NCBI RefSeq assembly: GCF_036321535.1
Contig: NC_087437.1
Location: 120,530,001 to 120,590,000 of the forward strand
DNA length: 60,000 bases
Source: Camelus dromedarius
Taxonomy: Eukaryota
Direction of reading: 5' to 3'
Shown: positions 20,301 to 31,854 of the stretch, piece after piece
Numbering within the stretch: position 1 is the stretch's first letter
How the letters are laid out: each line of letters starts with the position of its first letter
Made by a program: the position numbers and the translations under genes
Notes under the pieces: generated by a model
Databases searched by the model: none
The model's input: only the letters and a program-made list of their open reading frames with translations
What the model was told of the DNA's origin: nothing

Positions 20301-20697
20301 GGCGTGGGGAGGTCAAGTCTGAGGTCCTCGAAGCCCTGACTCCCCTGATGCCCGAGGTGGCACCGCCCACTGCCCTCGCCTCTGCTGAAGGAGAGCAGCT
20401 CCTGCCCCGCGAGACCGAGCAGCAGCCATACGCCTGAGTCCGCTCCTCACAGGCTGACATTTGCTCCCTCCCGACGTGCCTCCACCACCTCTGGTCACAG
20501 CCACGTCCCAGCCCAGCAAGGGGGGAGACACAGGCCTGCGCTGGAAGGAACGTCCTGCACGCCCAGGACCGGCTCGTGTGTGCAGGTGGCAGTGGGGGGT
20601 GCCAGGTGGGCGGGGTCTCGGGGGTGGGGGCGGGGGGCATGGTGCATTAGCTGCAGTAGGAGGCTAATATGGATACAGGCCACTCAGTGTGACTTAG

Positions 20698-21112
20698 GTC
20701 GTCATTGAATTGTGTCCCCCAAACACCTGTCTGTGTGCTGACCCCGGCACCTGTGGATGTGGCCTTATTTGGAAATAAGGTCTTTGCAGACGGGACCCGG
20801 TTAGGGGAGGCCCTCCTGGGGCCGGGCAGGCCCTGAGTCAGACACGACTGGTGTCTTTGTAAGAGCAAGACTGGAGCCACCCGAACCCAGGAGGAGGGTC
20901 ACGTGGAGACGGGGGCAGAGATTGGAGAGGCGCAGGAGCTGGAAGAGGCAGGAAGGGGCCTCCCCGCTAGCCTGCGGACGGAACGTGGCCTGCGATAGCT
21001 CCGTTTTCAGCTCCTGGCCTCCAGAACTGTGAGCAAAGCTGTCTCCTGCCACAAGCCCCCGGTCTGTGGTGGTCCGTGGTGGTTTGTTATGGCAGCCCCA
21101 GGACTCACCGCG
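20698..21112 (+). mobile_element. MaLR LTR (MLT1B-like), near full length
   Basis: tgaattgtgtccccc...ccttatttggaaataaggtctttgcaga...ctggcctccagaactgtgag...tttgttatggcagcccc. Confidence 0.8.
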
Positions 21113-23304
21113 TGTAGAGCTGCTGCTCTGGCGGGACCCCGGAGCTGCCCCAGGTCAGCAGAGGGGCTCCCCGAAGCACGGACTTGCCGCTGGCTGAGAG
21201 CAGATGGGTGGGGCCGCAGCCCGGCTCCCCGCCATCTGCAGGTGCGCGGCTACAACCTGCCCGCGTCCTCGTCCTCCAGGGCTTACCCGCCGGTCTCAAC
21301 CCTGCTGCCTTCAGGACCCCCAGAGAGCTTCACTGGGGGCAGTCGTGGGCTCACTCAGACCTACAGAACCTACTGAGTTTCAAGGCTCCTGAAGACTGTG
21401 ACACGGCGGGGCCAGACCTGCAGAGCCCTGCTGAAGTGGCACCTCCGTCCCCGTCTCCCACACGCAGCCGCAGGGCACAGACGGAAGCCGCAGCCTCTCC
21501 ACCCAGGGAGGTGACCAGACCGCACGGCCCCCAAGCCCCGTTCCCCTTCAATCTCTGCTGCTACTGGTCCCCTCGGGGCTACACCGCCCAGGGCTGCACA
21601 GCTGGCCGCAGGCAAGGTCCCCGAGTGCCTTGGCCGCGCCCCTGGTCTGTCTCCCCTAGAAGAGCCCGCCCTGCCCGCGCCCCAGAAACCCTCTTGGCGC
21701 ACCTCCAGCCCCCAGAAGCCGCCACCTCCGCGGCCAGCTGGGCACTGGTCTGGGTAATTCCCTCTCCTTCTCCGAGAGCTCAGGGACACACACAGACCCA
21801 GGGCCTGGGGGCCAGCGGGCAGGCAGCCCTTCAAACGTGTGATCCTTGGTCATTCAACCCTTAAAGGCCGCAAAGGTGAGCGCCGCCGCGGGTAAGAGCG
21901 CAGAGGAGGAAGAGCAGAGGGGCTGAGACGCGCTCCGCAAGGCCAAGTTCACACAGCAGGCGGCACCACCACTGCGAAGGGCGCAGCCCCTAGCGCTGAG
22001 TGCCTTCACGACGTCGTGCACCGCCACCTGTGGCTTCAAAAATGCACCATCACCTGAGAAAACACCTGCACCCGTTAAGCGGTCACTGTCCCTGCTGGTG
22101 AGATCTGCCCTCCGTCCCCGCTCCCCGCCAGCGGCTGCACCCGAGTGGCACCTCCCTGCCACCCGGCACTGGGAGCTCCCGGAGGGAAGTCTATCGGGTC
22201 GGCCTCTCAGTGCGAAATCGCTCGCTTGCTCTTGTTTTCCAAGACCAAGAGCACGTTAGGGACGTTTTCTATTCTGTTTTTAAGTTTTTTATTTTTTGGA
22301 AGTTTTCTATTCTTACAGTTCATGGAAAGAGAACAGGACGCACACTGCTCATGACCCAGCGTTTTCTTACTCTGCTTTCAAAGGTCTGTTTGCTGCCCGC
22401 ACGACCTGGACGGCCCCGCCTGGCACAAAGCCCAACGGCACAGCGGGACTCAGGAACGCGAGAGGCTCTGGCCGAGCTCGGGGACGGACCTGCCAGGACC
22501 CTGGACCACAGAGAGACCTCGCGGTCTTCACTCTTCCCACGTAGGGCGCACTCCTTCTTATCCCACCTCACAGACACACGGCAAAGTCACCACCGCGCTG
22601 ACTCCGCGAACGGGCAGGGACGGCTGCCGAGACCAGAGAGCACGGAAACAGGCCTGCTCTCGCCGATGCTCCGGCTTCTGAGCTCAGGCGGCTCCGCGGG
22701 TGAGCACGAGACAGCCCCGCGCTGGTCAGCGCAGCGAGGTCGCCTGTGTCACCTGCAGGCTTGCCTGTGCCTCTCTACCGGGTGGAGAAATGTGTCAACG
22801 TGTCTGACTGCGTCGAGAGCGAATGTTCGAGAATCAGATTGACTCAAAGCCTGTTTGTTTTATGGGGGGAAGCAGAGGCCTGGAGATAGGAGTCGCAGAG
22901 ACAGCATGCGGAGCTGTGGTTAGAACTCCGGCTCCAGGAATCCCACCCGCTGTGACGTTGGGCAGCCCCGGGGCGCAGCACCTCAGGCTGCGCGGGGCCC
23001 AGCAGGGGCTCCCCCAGGACAGCTCTCACCTCGGGACACTTCTATATGGTGATGATGGCTTTTGATGAATGAAAAAACCCAAACAGAGGATGCTCAAAAA
23101 GACCGAAAAGATATATATTTAAAGGTAACACAAGCTGTCCTTGAAAGCAATTTAGTTAAGATCATTGACTGGCAGGAAAAAGCACATGATGGAAGTGAGG
23201 AACAGAGGCCCAGGGGCAGCCCGCCCCCACCCCGAGGGGCAGCGGCCCAGGCACACGCCCGCAGAGGAGAGGGCCAGCGGGCGGCAGGCTGTCAGAATCC
23301 GGGA

Positions 23305-23433
23305 CTAGAAGTAGGACAGCTCGTCGTGCCTGGCTTTGTTGGTCTGGTAGCTGGCCAAGGCCGGGGGCTTGTTTTCGTGTGGGAGGCTCTCAAATACTCG
23401 AAGGTGCACGAACTCCTCATCGTCAACCTGAAC
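23305..23433 (-). CDS. CSTB: CSTB exon 3 coding part to TAG
   Basis: ttccag|GTTCAG...TACTTCTAG; 42 codons plus stop. Confidence 0.97.
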   Translation of the reverse strand, partial: VQVDDEEFVHLRVFESLPHENKPPALASYQTNKARHDELSYF

Positions 23434-26400
23434 CTGGAAGGAGAGTCGAGGGAGACGTTAGGTGCTGCCTCAGACCCCAAGTTCCCTGCTCCACTGGACT
23501 GGGCTCGGACAAAGACCCTGGACGCCTGGAAGCCATGCCCCTTCAGGTCCCCGGGGACGGGGCCGATGCCATCCCCACCTTCCTCCTTCCTCGCGGCCCC
23601 AGTCAGCACCCGACACCCCACAATCACCCCATCAGAACCCTGAGTCCCCCCAAAGCTCGGTCCTCTCCTCCAAGGAGGCCGGAGTGCACGCACACACTCA
23701 TTAAAGGGCCATGACTCCCTGATGCTGGGGGCTGCCACAGGACCCCCCTTAGCACCCTGCCCTGGCACCCACGAGGCCCCACCTCGGGCCAGACCCCCCT
23801 GTGAGGCTGACACCCACCTTGATGAAGAAGTTCCTGCCGGCGACCACCTGGCTCTTGAACTCCACAGCCTTAAACAGGGAGAACTTCTTATTCTCCTTCT
23901 CCTCCAGCTGTGCCTTCACCTGGGGGGCGGGAGCACAGGGAGACGTGGCAGCTTCGCTCCTGCCCGAGGGACTCACACACGAGCTGACCTCTGCCACGCG
24001 CGATGGGCCGGGTTCTAACACGCACCCTCTACGGACTTTCTATGATGCGAGTGTCACAACCGAGCAGAGACATGAGACTGCGCACTGGTGACAAGGTACA
24101 GCAAACAGCGCCTCGATTCCGCCGAGGTCTCAGCGGTGCTATTTCCCCACATCGCTGTCCTTCCTCTTCCCGGCACAGGAGGGTTTCACATTGTTGTCAC
24201 GACACTATAGACAAGCTCATACCCTGCTTTCCTTTTTACTTAGTGAGCAGCTCACTTGAATGCTCCTATATAGTTTTTTTGGGGGGAGGGGGAGGTAATT
24301 AAGTCTATTTATTTAATTTTTTTTTTTAATGGAGGTACTGGGGATCGAACCCAGGACCTCCGGCAGGCTAAGCCTGTGCACCACTTGAGTTATACCCTTC
24401 CCTCCCCATATACGGGTTTTAAATTACTCTTTTAAAATTAAAAACGAGAACACTTAAAAATGTTAAACTAAGTTCAATGTTAAATTTGATCTTCCATCTT
24501 CTAGGGGGCACCTTAATTCTCTTAAGCAGTCCCAGTTTCTTCTGTGACAGACAACGCAGCAGCTTTACTGATGCAGCAGGATTCATTTTTAGGTGATTTC
24601 TCTAGGACGCGGCGCCTTCAGCCACAGCTGATCCTGACCTTAAGTGTCAGACAGTGATCACACTTCTGGACCAGTCCTGGTTTCCGGGGTCTTGGCCTCT
24701 CAGGAACTGAGCATCTTTCCGGAGGAAGGGGAGAGCAGGCTGGTTTTGTTTCCACCTCAGAATCTCATCTGGTTGAAAGTGCGCTGGCTGCTGCCTGGGT
24801 TACTGCAGGCACCAGAGCTGGCTGGGAGACGGGATCATGGTCACTCGCACAAGTCAGTCACTGTGGCAAAGGCTGCGTGGCCTTCCAGCGCCTTCAGGGA
24901 GGGGCGCTCCCTGGTGTCGCGGTGGGCAGACAGGGCAGGAGGGAGGGGCAGGCACAGGAAGGCAGGTCCCGCTGCACCTCTGCCATCTCAGTGCGGCTGC
25001 CACAGGGGTGTGTGCGTGTGCCCCGGGGCCAGGGCCCATCTGCGTCTGAATACCTCCCTGTAACGCCTGTCCTCCTGCAAGATGCCGGGCTCCCTCTGCA
25101 GGGAACTGACCCTGCAGACAGTCCACCAGACCAGGGGTGAGCGACACCCACAAACCTGCCCGCAGTCAGGGAAGGAACTGCCTCTTTTTTTGCCCTTTTC
25201 AGGAGTGGAGGCAGGGGATCCCCTGATGTTTGCAAGGACTGGTGAGAAAACCCAAATGGAGGTGGTGGAACAGGCAACGTGGAGGCCTCGAATGTCTGGC
25301 CAGGCCGCTGCCTGCGTGAGGGCAGCTCACTGACACTGTCTCTGACCGGGAGAAAGATGGGCTGGGCCGCAGCCAAGGGAAGCGCAGAAGGCCCAGGGTC
25401 GTTAGGAAGCTGCCAGTTCCGAGCCCAGGTGGCACAGAGGGCCAGGGAAGGCACAGGACGACTCCAGGAGGTGGGGACGGAGTGCACCGCTTTGATGTCC
25501 TTCCGGCCAGTGGTCAGTCTCTGGCCTCTGTTCTCCTCTGCAGCCCAGGACGCTCCCGAAAGCGGTCAGTACAGAGGGCCACAGACGGTGCCCCTGCCCC
25601 TCTAGGAGACCACCCAGCACACGGGCGGCCCCCTCATTCCTGCCTCAGAGTTCCTCCCAGTAGCAACGACTCTCAAGACTTTCAAGTAATCGACACCGAA
25701 TCATTCAAGAGCTCTTTGAGACAGCAACTCTTCTGTCCCGAATGAGCTTACACGGCTTCCAAGTTCACATGACAAGCGGGGAGAACCAGGAAGCAGTGGG
25801 AAGGCTGGGCTCTGTGTGGCTGTGGGGAAGGGCCAAGAACCACCTCCTGGCCTGGCTCACACTGGAGTCCCTGCAAATTCCTCATTTTCCAAGGTCTCAT
25901 GAGACTGACTCACCACCACTCCTTACTGCCTGCAAACGTCAAAACCACAGGAGAGAGGGCATGGGGCTTCTCACGCCCTCGGGTTTATGAAAGTTAAGTT
26001 TACGAAAATTAAAAGACAAGTTTGTCTTACTTTTCTTATCAGAACCCAAGGCTTCTGGTGCACTGACTTTGCTGACACACAAGGGCAGGCCCGACCCATC
26101 CCACCCACGCCAGGTCCTTGGGTGCCCATCCCACCCACGCCAGGTCCTTGGGTGCAGGTGGCTTCTTGGGAAAGCCATGAGGGGGCAGCTAGCTGCCCAG
26201 GGTCTGAAGCCGGCTCTGCCTCTGCAACCCGGCCTGGTTTCTGTTTCGATACATTTCATTTGGAGATCATTTCAAACTTACACAAAGTACTAGAATAACA
26301 GTATAAACCTGGGAAGCCTGTGTACCCTGTCCCCAGACTCACTCATGGTGACTTTTTACCCCACCCGCTGCACCGTTTGCTAACTGCCTTTCCCCAACCG

Positions 26401-26650
26401 TCACATCGCGTCCCCTCGCCTGTGGACACCCCCGAGCGCGCTTCCGCGGCGCAGAGGGGCATCGGTCCAGCGCCCACCCCCGGCCCTCGGCAGGATGCGC
26501 AGGGGCGCACCTCCTCCGTCCCAGCGGCGATGCCGGCGCACGACCCCGGCCCCGGGGACCCCATCTGCCCCTTGCAGCCCTGACCTGGTCGGCGACGGCC
26601 TGGATCTCGGCCGTGGCCGGCTGCGTGGCGGAGGGCGCACCGCACATCAT
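23305..26650 (-). CDS. CSTB: Cystatin B (stefin B), 98 aa. complement(join(23305..23433,23818..23919,26585..26650))
   Basis: Spliced translation [99 protein letters not shown]-terminal MMCG, QVVAG and LP motifs of stefin B; two phase-0 GT-AG introns; lies between PDXK and RRP1. Confidence 0.98.
23818..23919 (-). CDS. CSTB: CSTB exon 2 (QVVAG)
   Basis: ccag|GTGAAG...ATCAAG|gtgggt; 34 codons. Confidence 0.97.
24274..24402 (-). mobile_element. tRNA-derived SINE (Vic-1-like) in CSTB intron 1
   Basis: ggaggtaatt...atggaggtactggggatcgaacccaggacc...gagttataccct. Confidence 0.88.
26095..26154. repeat. Perfect 30-bp tandem duplication in CSTB intron 1
   Basis: (CCCATCCCACCCACGCCAGGTCCTTGGGTG)2. Confidence 0.95.
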
Positions 26651-27150
26651 CTCGGCAGCGGGCGGCGGTCCCGAAACAGCAGCGGACACTTAGGAGCGGC
26701 GGACACTCGCGGGAGTGGCGGACGGACGCCGAGCACCTGGACTTGGCGCGGCGGTCACGTGACACGCGGGCGGAACCATGGCGAGCGGCGGTGGGGGGTT
26801 GATCCTGAGTCGGGACTGCGGCGCGGGGCGTCGGGGCGAGAATGCGGCGCGGGGCGTCCGGGTCGCGATGCGCTGGGCGTCAGGACCACGGCCGCAACCT
26901 GGGACCCCCGCGGGCACCCTCTCGGGACCAAGGGTCGTGGGCTGCAGGGTCATTCCCCCACCCCGGCTTTGGTGTCATCCTCCCCTGGCGTCTGAGTCAG
27001 AGGGCGGGGGTGGGGGCGGGCCTGCAGGACCTGGGAGGAGGGGGCGCGGCCGTCAGGCTCCCTGGAGAGGGAGTGGTCCAGGCCCCGCGGGGGTGGGCAC
27101 TGCTCGGCAGGGAGTATCGAAGGTGCCCGCCCGGTGCGGGGCAGGATGTG
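26400..27150 (-). promoter_or_regulatory. CSTB: CSTB CpG-island promoter with GC boxes and a GTCACGTGAC palindrome (26754-26763)
   Basis: Dense CpG around exon 1, several GGGCGG/GGGGCG boxes, perfect CLEAR/E-box palindrome about 105 bp upstream of the ATG. Island limits approximate. Confidence 0.85.
26585..26650 (-). CDS. CSTB: CSTB exon 1 coding part
   Basis: gccgagATGATGTGC...GACCAG|gtcagg; 22 codons. Confidence 0.96.
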
Positions 27151-27925
27151 GGGCGGAGGTGGGCTAGCCTGGCCCCCAGGGCCCTCTATCTCCAGGTCCC
27201 CACAGTTTGACCCAGTGCGTGCGATGGACAGTGGTAGGTCCTGAAATGACCGAGACATCTGTGGTCCAGAGAGGAGCAGGGAGCTGGACCTGAGAGCTGC
27301 CGAGGGTGGAGGGGAGAGAAGCCCCCACCCAGCCGGGACCGGGAGGACCTGGGGGAGGAGGGCTGGGGCCCCCAGGGCCTCGCTCTTTGTGTGGGGTGTT
27401 GTGTGGGCTGCTGTGGACAGCAGGAGCATGTGACAGGGACACAGTGACGGGCAGACGTGGGTGGACAGGGGCGGCACAAAGGAGTCCAGTGATGGGGAGG
27501 ATGACTCACAGGCCCCAGGCTGGGGTGGGGGTTAGAGCAAGGGCATTAGTTAAGGGCTTTGTTCTGCTGGGATTTGGTTTAGGATTTAGATTACTTCCAA
27601 CACCCTGGTAAGGGAAGGTCCCCTGCTTTATTTGGGGCAGGTCAGGGCCTGTGCTGGTAGCCGTCTGGACAGGTCTGGCCTTTCAGAAAGACCCACCTGC
27701 CTCTTCTCCCTGCAGGGATGCACCTCAGTGGGTGCTGGGCCATCCCATCACTGGGGACTGACTCTGCAGGAACCGGCCCAGCGCCTAGCCCCAGTGGGAG
27801 TGGCCTGGGAACAGGTGTGTGGGGCGGTGAGCCTTTGTGGTACCTGCCAGGGCAGAGCCTGGTCTGTAACTTCAGGGAAGCATGGGGGGTCATGTGTCAC
27901 TGAGCCCTGGGGAGAAGGGAGGAGA

Positions 27926-29166
27926 TACTGACACCCAACTAAGGCCCAGGGCGCAGAAAGCCAAACTCTGACAGAGGAGGTTTGCAGCAGAGTGAGGGTT
28001 TACTGCAGGGGTCCAAGCAAGGGAGTGGGAGAGAAACCTCACGCCCACTGCAGCTTGGTCTCTGAGTTAGCGGTTTTTAAAGGGGAAGAACAGAGGAGCT
28101 GGGGTTAATCATCTTTTTTTTTTCAATTGAAGTATAGTCAGTTTACAGTGTGGTGTCAATTTCTGGCGTACAGCACGATGTTTCAGTCATATGTAAACAT
28201 ACATCTGTTCATTTTCATATTCTTTTTCACCGTAAGCTACTACAAGATATTGAATATAGTTCCGTGTACTGTACAGTATGCCCTTGTTTATTTTATATAT
28301 ACCAGTCAATATCTACAGATCTCGAAATCCCAGTTTATCCTTTCTCACCGCCTTCCCCCTGGTAACCATAAGTTTGTTTTCTGTGTCTGTGAGTCTGTTT
28401 TTGTTTTATATATAAGTTCACTTGTCTTTTTTTTTTAAAGATTCCACATATAAGTGATATCATATGGTATTTTTCTTTCTCTTTCTGGCTTACTTCACTT
28501 AGAATGACATTCTCCAGGGCCATCCATGTTGCTCCAAATGGCATTATTTTAGTATTTTTATGGCTGAGTAGTATTCCATTGTATAAATATACCACATCTG
28601 CTTTATCCAGTCATCTCTCAGTGAACACTGAGGTTGTTTCCATGACTTGGCTACTGTAAATAGTGCTGCTATGAACATTGGGGTGCAGTCGTCTTTTTGA
28701 ATTAAGGTTCCCTCTGGATATATGCCCAGGAGGGGGATTGCTGGATCCTATGGTAGGTCTATTTTTAGTCTTTTGAGGAATCTCCATACTGTTTTCCACA
28801 ATGGCTTCACCAAAGTACATTCCCACCAGCAGCATAGGAGGGCTCCCTTTTCTCCACTGGGGTTAATCATCTTAATCATCTGTGGTCTATGTGTTAAGGT
28901 CTGGAGGTCTGTGCCCCCGGGGGTCTGTGTCACCATAATCTGTAAAGGTCATCTCTCTCCCCTGGAAGATGACTCAGAAAAGCGATGGTACTGCTTACTG
29001 GGACGCTGTGGCCCCAGGCCCCTGACCGTCACTGGTCCTTATTGATGAGGCAAAAATGTGGTCAAACAGGTACAGGCTAGGACAAAAGGGAACAGAAAGT
29101 AAGATAAGAAAGACAAGAATAGACCCCTGAGCATTCTTGGGACACGATTTCAAGACTCCCATTTCA
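27926..29166 (-). mobile_element. ERV-type LTR split by the L1 at 28116-28856
   Basis: LTR-like text on both sides of the L1 (gggtttactgcagg...tttttaaagggg as reversed polyA/TATA-like signals); the target duplication shows the two halves were contiguous. Outer limits approximate. Confidence 0.55.
28116..28856 (-). mobile_element. 5'-truncated L1 (ORF2 C-terminus, 3' UTR, poly-A) with a 17-bp target-site duplication
   Basis: Minus strand encodes EKGALLCCWWECTLVKPLWKTVWRFLKRLKIDLP*DPAIPLLGIYP...CTPMFIAALFTVAKSWKQPQC...WIKQMWYIYTMEYYSAIK (L1 ORF2p C-terminus, one stop). CTGGGGTTAATCATCTT at both 28099-28115 and 28857-28873. Confidence 0.95.
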
Positions 29167-29379
29167 CAACTGATTGAAGGGGTCACAGATTTGACCCCAT
29201 GAAAGTGGAAACCTCTGTGTCAAAAACAAAGCATCAGAGAATTATGACCAACCAGGGCAAGGGAAGTGGTCCTGTGGCTTTTCTCATCTGCAGTTCCGGG
29301 AGCTGGGCCATCTTGAGGCGCCTCCTCATGTCTGACCCTCTTTCCCTGCTGGACTTGGGTCTGCAGGTGCTCATTTTAC

Positions 29380-29800
29380 AAACAGGAGGGTAACCCCTGT
29401 GGAAAGGCTGTTTCTTCAGCACAGGCTATAGCAGGGCACCTGCCACCATCACTTGGGTTTGGCAGAGATGCTCAGGCAGGCAGTGGGGGGATGGCTTATA
29501 CCGGAAAGAAAGGAATGCTCAGGTGTGCCCTGATGGTCTGTGGCCAGGGGAGGCTGAGTGCGGGCATCCTGTGTGACTGATTCCAGGCACACATTTGGCC
29601 TTCTCTGGGAGTCCTGAGTTAGGAGAGGGAGGGGAAAACCTAGGGAAGCCGGTGGCCGTGGCTGACTTGTGACCGTCCTGGCCAGTGGCTGCAGAGGCTA
29701 TAGTCTGGCTCCTGGCTGGCTCTCGCGGAGGCCTTGGGTCGGACTTCCCCTGTCCCGTGCGTGTGATCTGGCCACCGTCCGTCTGTGGCCTCAGTCTCTC
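29380..29800. mobile_element. Old ERV LTR fragment, family not assigned
   Basis: Resembles recalled old eutherian LTR text (ttggccttctctg...agggaagc...ggctgcagagg...tctggccac..gtcc..tcagtctctc). Confidence 0.4.
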
Positions 29801-30148
29801 GCGCTGCTTTGTGAAGTCAGCGTTGCTTCACTGCTGTGGGTCTGGGTCCAGACAGATGTTTTCACGCTGTCACGAAGGCTGTGAAGACCAAGTGCTTTGT
29901 GCTGATCCAGCCCTTCCTTGCACCTGCTGTGTGGCATAGGACTAACTGCTGAACTTCTCTGTGCCTAAATTAAGCACTAAACGAGTATAAAATGTTTGGG
30001 ACAGTGTCTGAGCCCCAGGGAGAGTTGACAGTGTTACTACTATGACTGTCTATAATTACTGTGCTAACATGAATCTAACCCATACTGCCTTATCTACCTA
30101 AAGGCCCTGGAAAATGCTAACGTTTATCTCTCATTCCTTTCTTCCTTC

Positions 30149-30222
30149 AAATGGAGGTACTGGGGATTGAACTCAGGACCTCGTGCATGCTGAGCACGCG
30201 CCCTGCCCCTGAGCTGTCCCCT
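30149..30222 (-). mobile_element. tRNA-derived SINE (Vic-1-like)
   Basis: atggaggtactggggattgaactcaggacctcgtgcatgctgagca. Confidence 0.85.
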
Positions 30223-30493
30223 GCCCCCGTCTCTCCTACCTTGATGCTGCAGCTTTTCCTCTTACTAGAGCCGGAGGAGAGACCAAATATCCTGACTCCC
30301 CGTGGGAGCTGCGGGGGCCGTTCAGGGGTGTGGAACATCATTTCAATTTGAAATCTGTGTTCAGAAGGGTCAAATTTTTAAATTCACGCAGTTTTGGAGT
30401 TTCACTTGTGATCTCTGACTTCCCCAGAGTCAGCAGAAGCCAAGGTGTTTTTGCCTCAGTGTTTCATGGTCCTTTCTTCTGCAGCAAATCAGC

Positions 30494-30952
30494 TATAGAA
30501 GTGGAAATATGTTCCCTTCTTCCTTTCTAGATTCTTTGGCTGGACTGACAATTAAATTGATGTAAGACAGATTAACAGGAGAAAAACAAAGTTGATTTCT
30601 TACATCCAGGAGCCCCAGATACGAGACCAAGGAGGAACCTGACAGTTGAGGCTGACGCACCGTCCTGAGCTGAGGGACAGGATGGGGGCCTGGGGCTTGG
30701 AGGGGAGGAGGGCCATTGGCAGGGCAGTAACCAGGGCAGCTTGGCAATGAATCTTTTCCCTACTCTAAAGATGCATCTTTCAGATAAAAAGGTTACCTCT
30801 AGTAATAGCTGTTTTTTTTCTGGCCCAGGCACCCTGTCTAAATTCTTTCGGGCAGTTAAGGAAGAGGTGATCATTTTCCTGAGCCTCCTGGGTCTTGATT
30901 GCCTTCAGCTCAAAATAGTCCACGTGCCAAAGCGACACATTCTGCTCCCTCA
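30494..30952 (-). mobile_element. ERV1-type solo LTR
   Basis: attaaattgatgtaagacagattaacaggagaaaaacaaa...ccttcagctcaaaatagtccacgtgccaaag...ctccctca, typical of laurasiatherian ERV1 LTRs. Confidence 0.7.
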
Positions 30953-31669
30953 TGACCCAGCTTGTCCGCTCCCTGCTCGTGTGCTTAGGTGGGTGACTCG
31001 CACCCCTGTGCCCCGTGCTGTTCAGTTGCTTGTGTTTCATCATGCAGAAATTCCATCATTAGAATTTGTTGCTAATTAGACTGTAGCCCAAGAAACTCTT
31101 TGGTGCAGGATTGGGGTGGGGGGAAAATAAAAAGAAAGATAAAAATTTAAATGACTAAGCATTTGTTAAGTTTACCTATTCATCTTCAGTAGCAAGGGGA
31201 ATAACGGTAGAGCTATTATAGAAAATAGGCACAGTGCGTGGGCACAGTCTCAGGGCCCACCGCGGGCCTGGCTGCCTGGCCTTGCTGAAGGCAGGGCGGG
31301 CAGCGCTCTCACCCCGAAGCGGCCAGCTCCAGCAGAGGCGGCCCGGAGCTCCCCAAAAGGTGCAGGGGAATGCAGAAATTGGGGTGCATCAAAGGAGGAG
31401 ACAGATGTACGATCTTGAAAGGCTGTTGCTATAAACTAACGTGGGCAAAGGGTTTTCTAAGCTTAGACACATCAGAAGAATCAGAAGGGAAAGCCAGGAT
31501 CCACGTTGGGGCGGGTGACTCTGGGTACACCTGTTGACCTGTCCCACCTGTTCTCTGTGTGTCCCCTAATGACCCTTGTCCAAGTCCCCAGCAGACAGGC
31601 AGCACTGGGCTTGTTCCCCGCCTCTGTACCTGTCACATAGGAGGCACTAAACAAATATTTGACTCCTAA

Positions 31670-31841
31670 CTATGTTCAATAACTTATAATAACTTATGGT
31701 GAAAAAGAATATGAAGATGAATCTATGTATGTTCAAGTATGACTGAAGTGTTATACTGCATACCAGAAGTTGACACAACAATGTAAACTGACTATACTTC
31801 AATAATTATATATACACAAAAAGATTCAAAAGGGAAAAAAA
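31670..31841 (+). mobile_element. L1 3' end fragment
   Basis: ggtgaaaaagaatatgaa...ccagaagttgacacaacaatgtaaactgactatacttcaat; matches the reverse complement of 28120-28240. Confidence 0.85.
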
Positions 31842-31854
31842 TAATTGCTCCTTG

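Noticed and set aside
28335..28936. Several short minus-strand ORFs with protein-like composition
   Set aside because: All are frames of the truncated L1 ORF2/3' UTR, with an in-frame stop in the true ORF2 frame.
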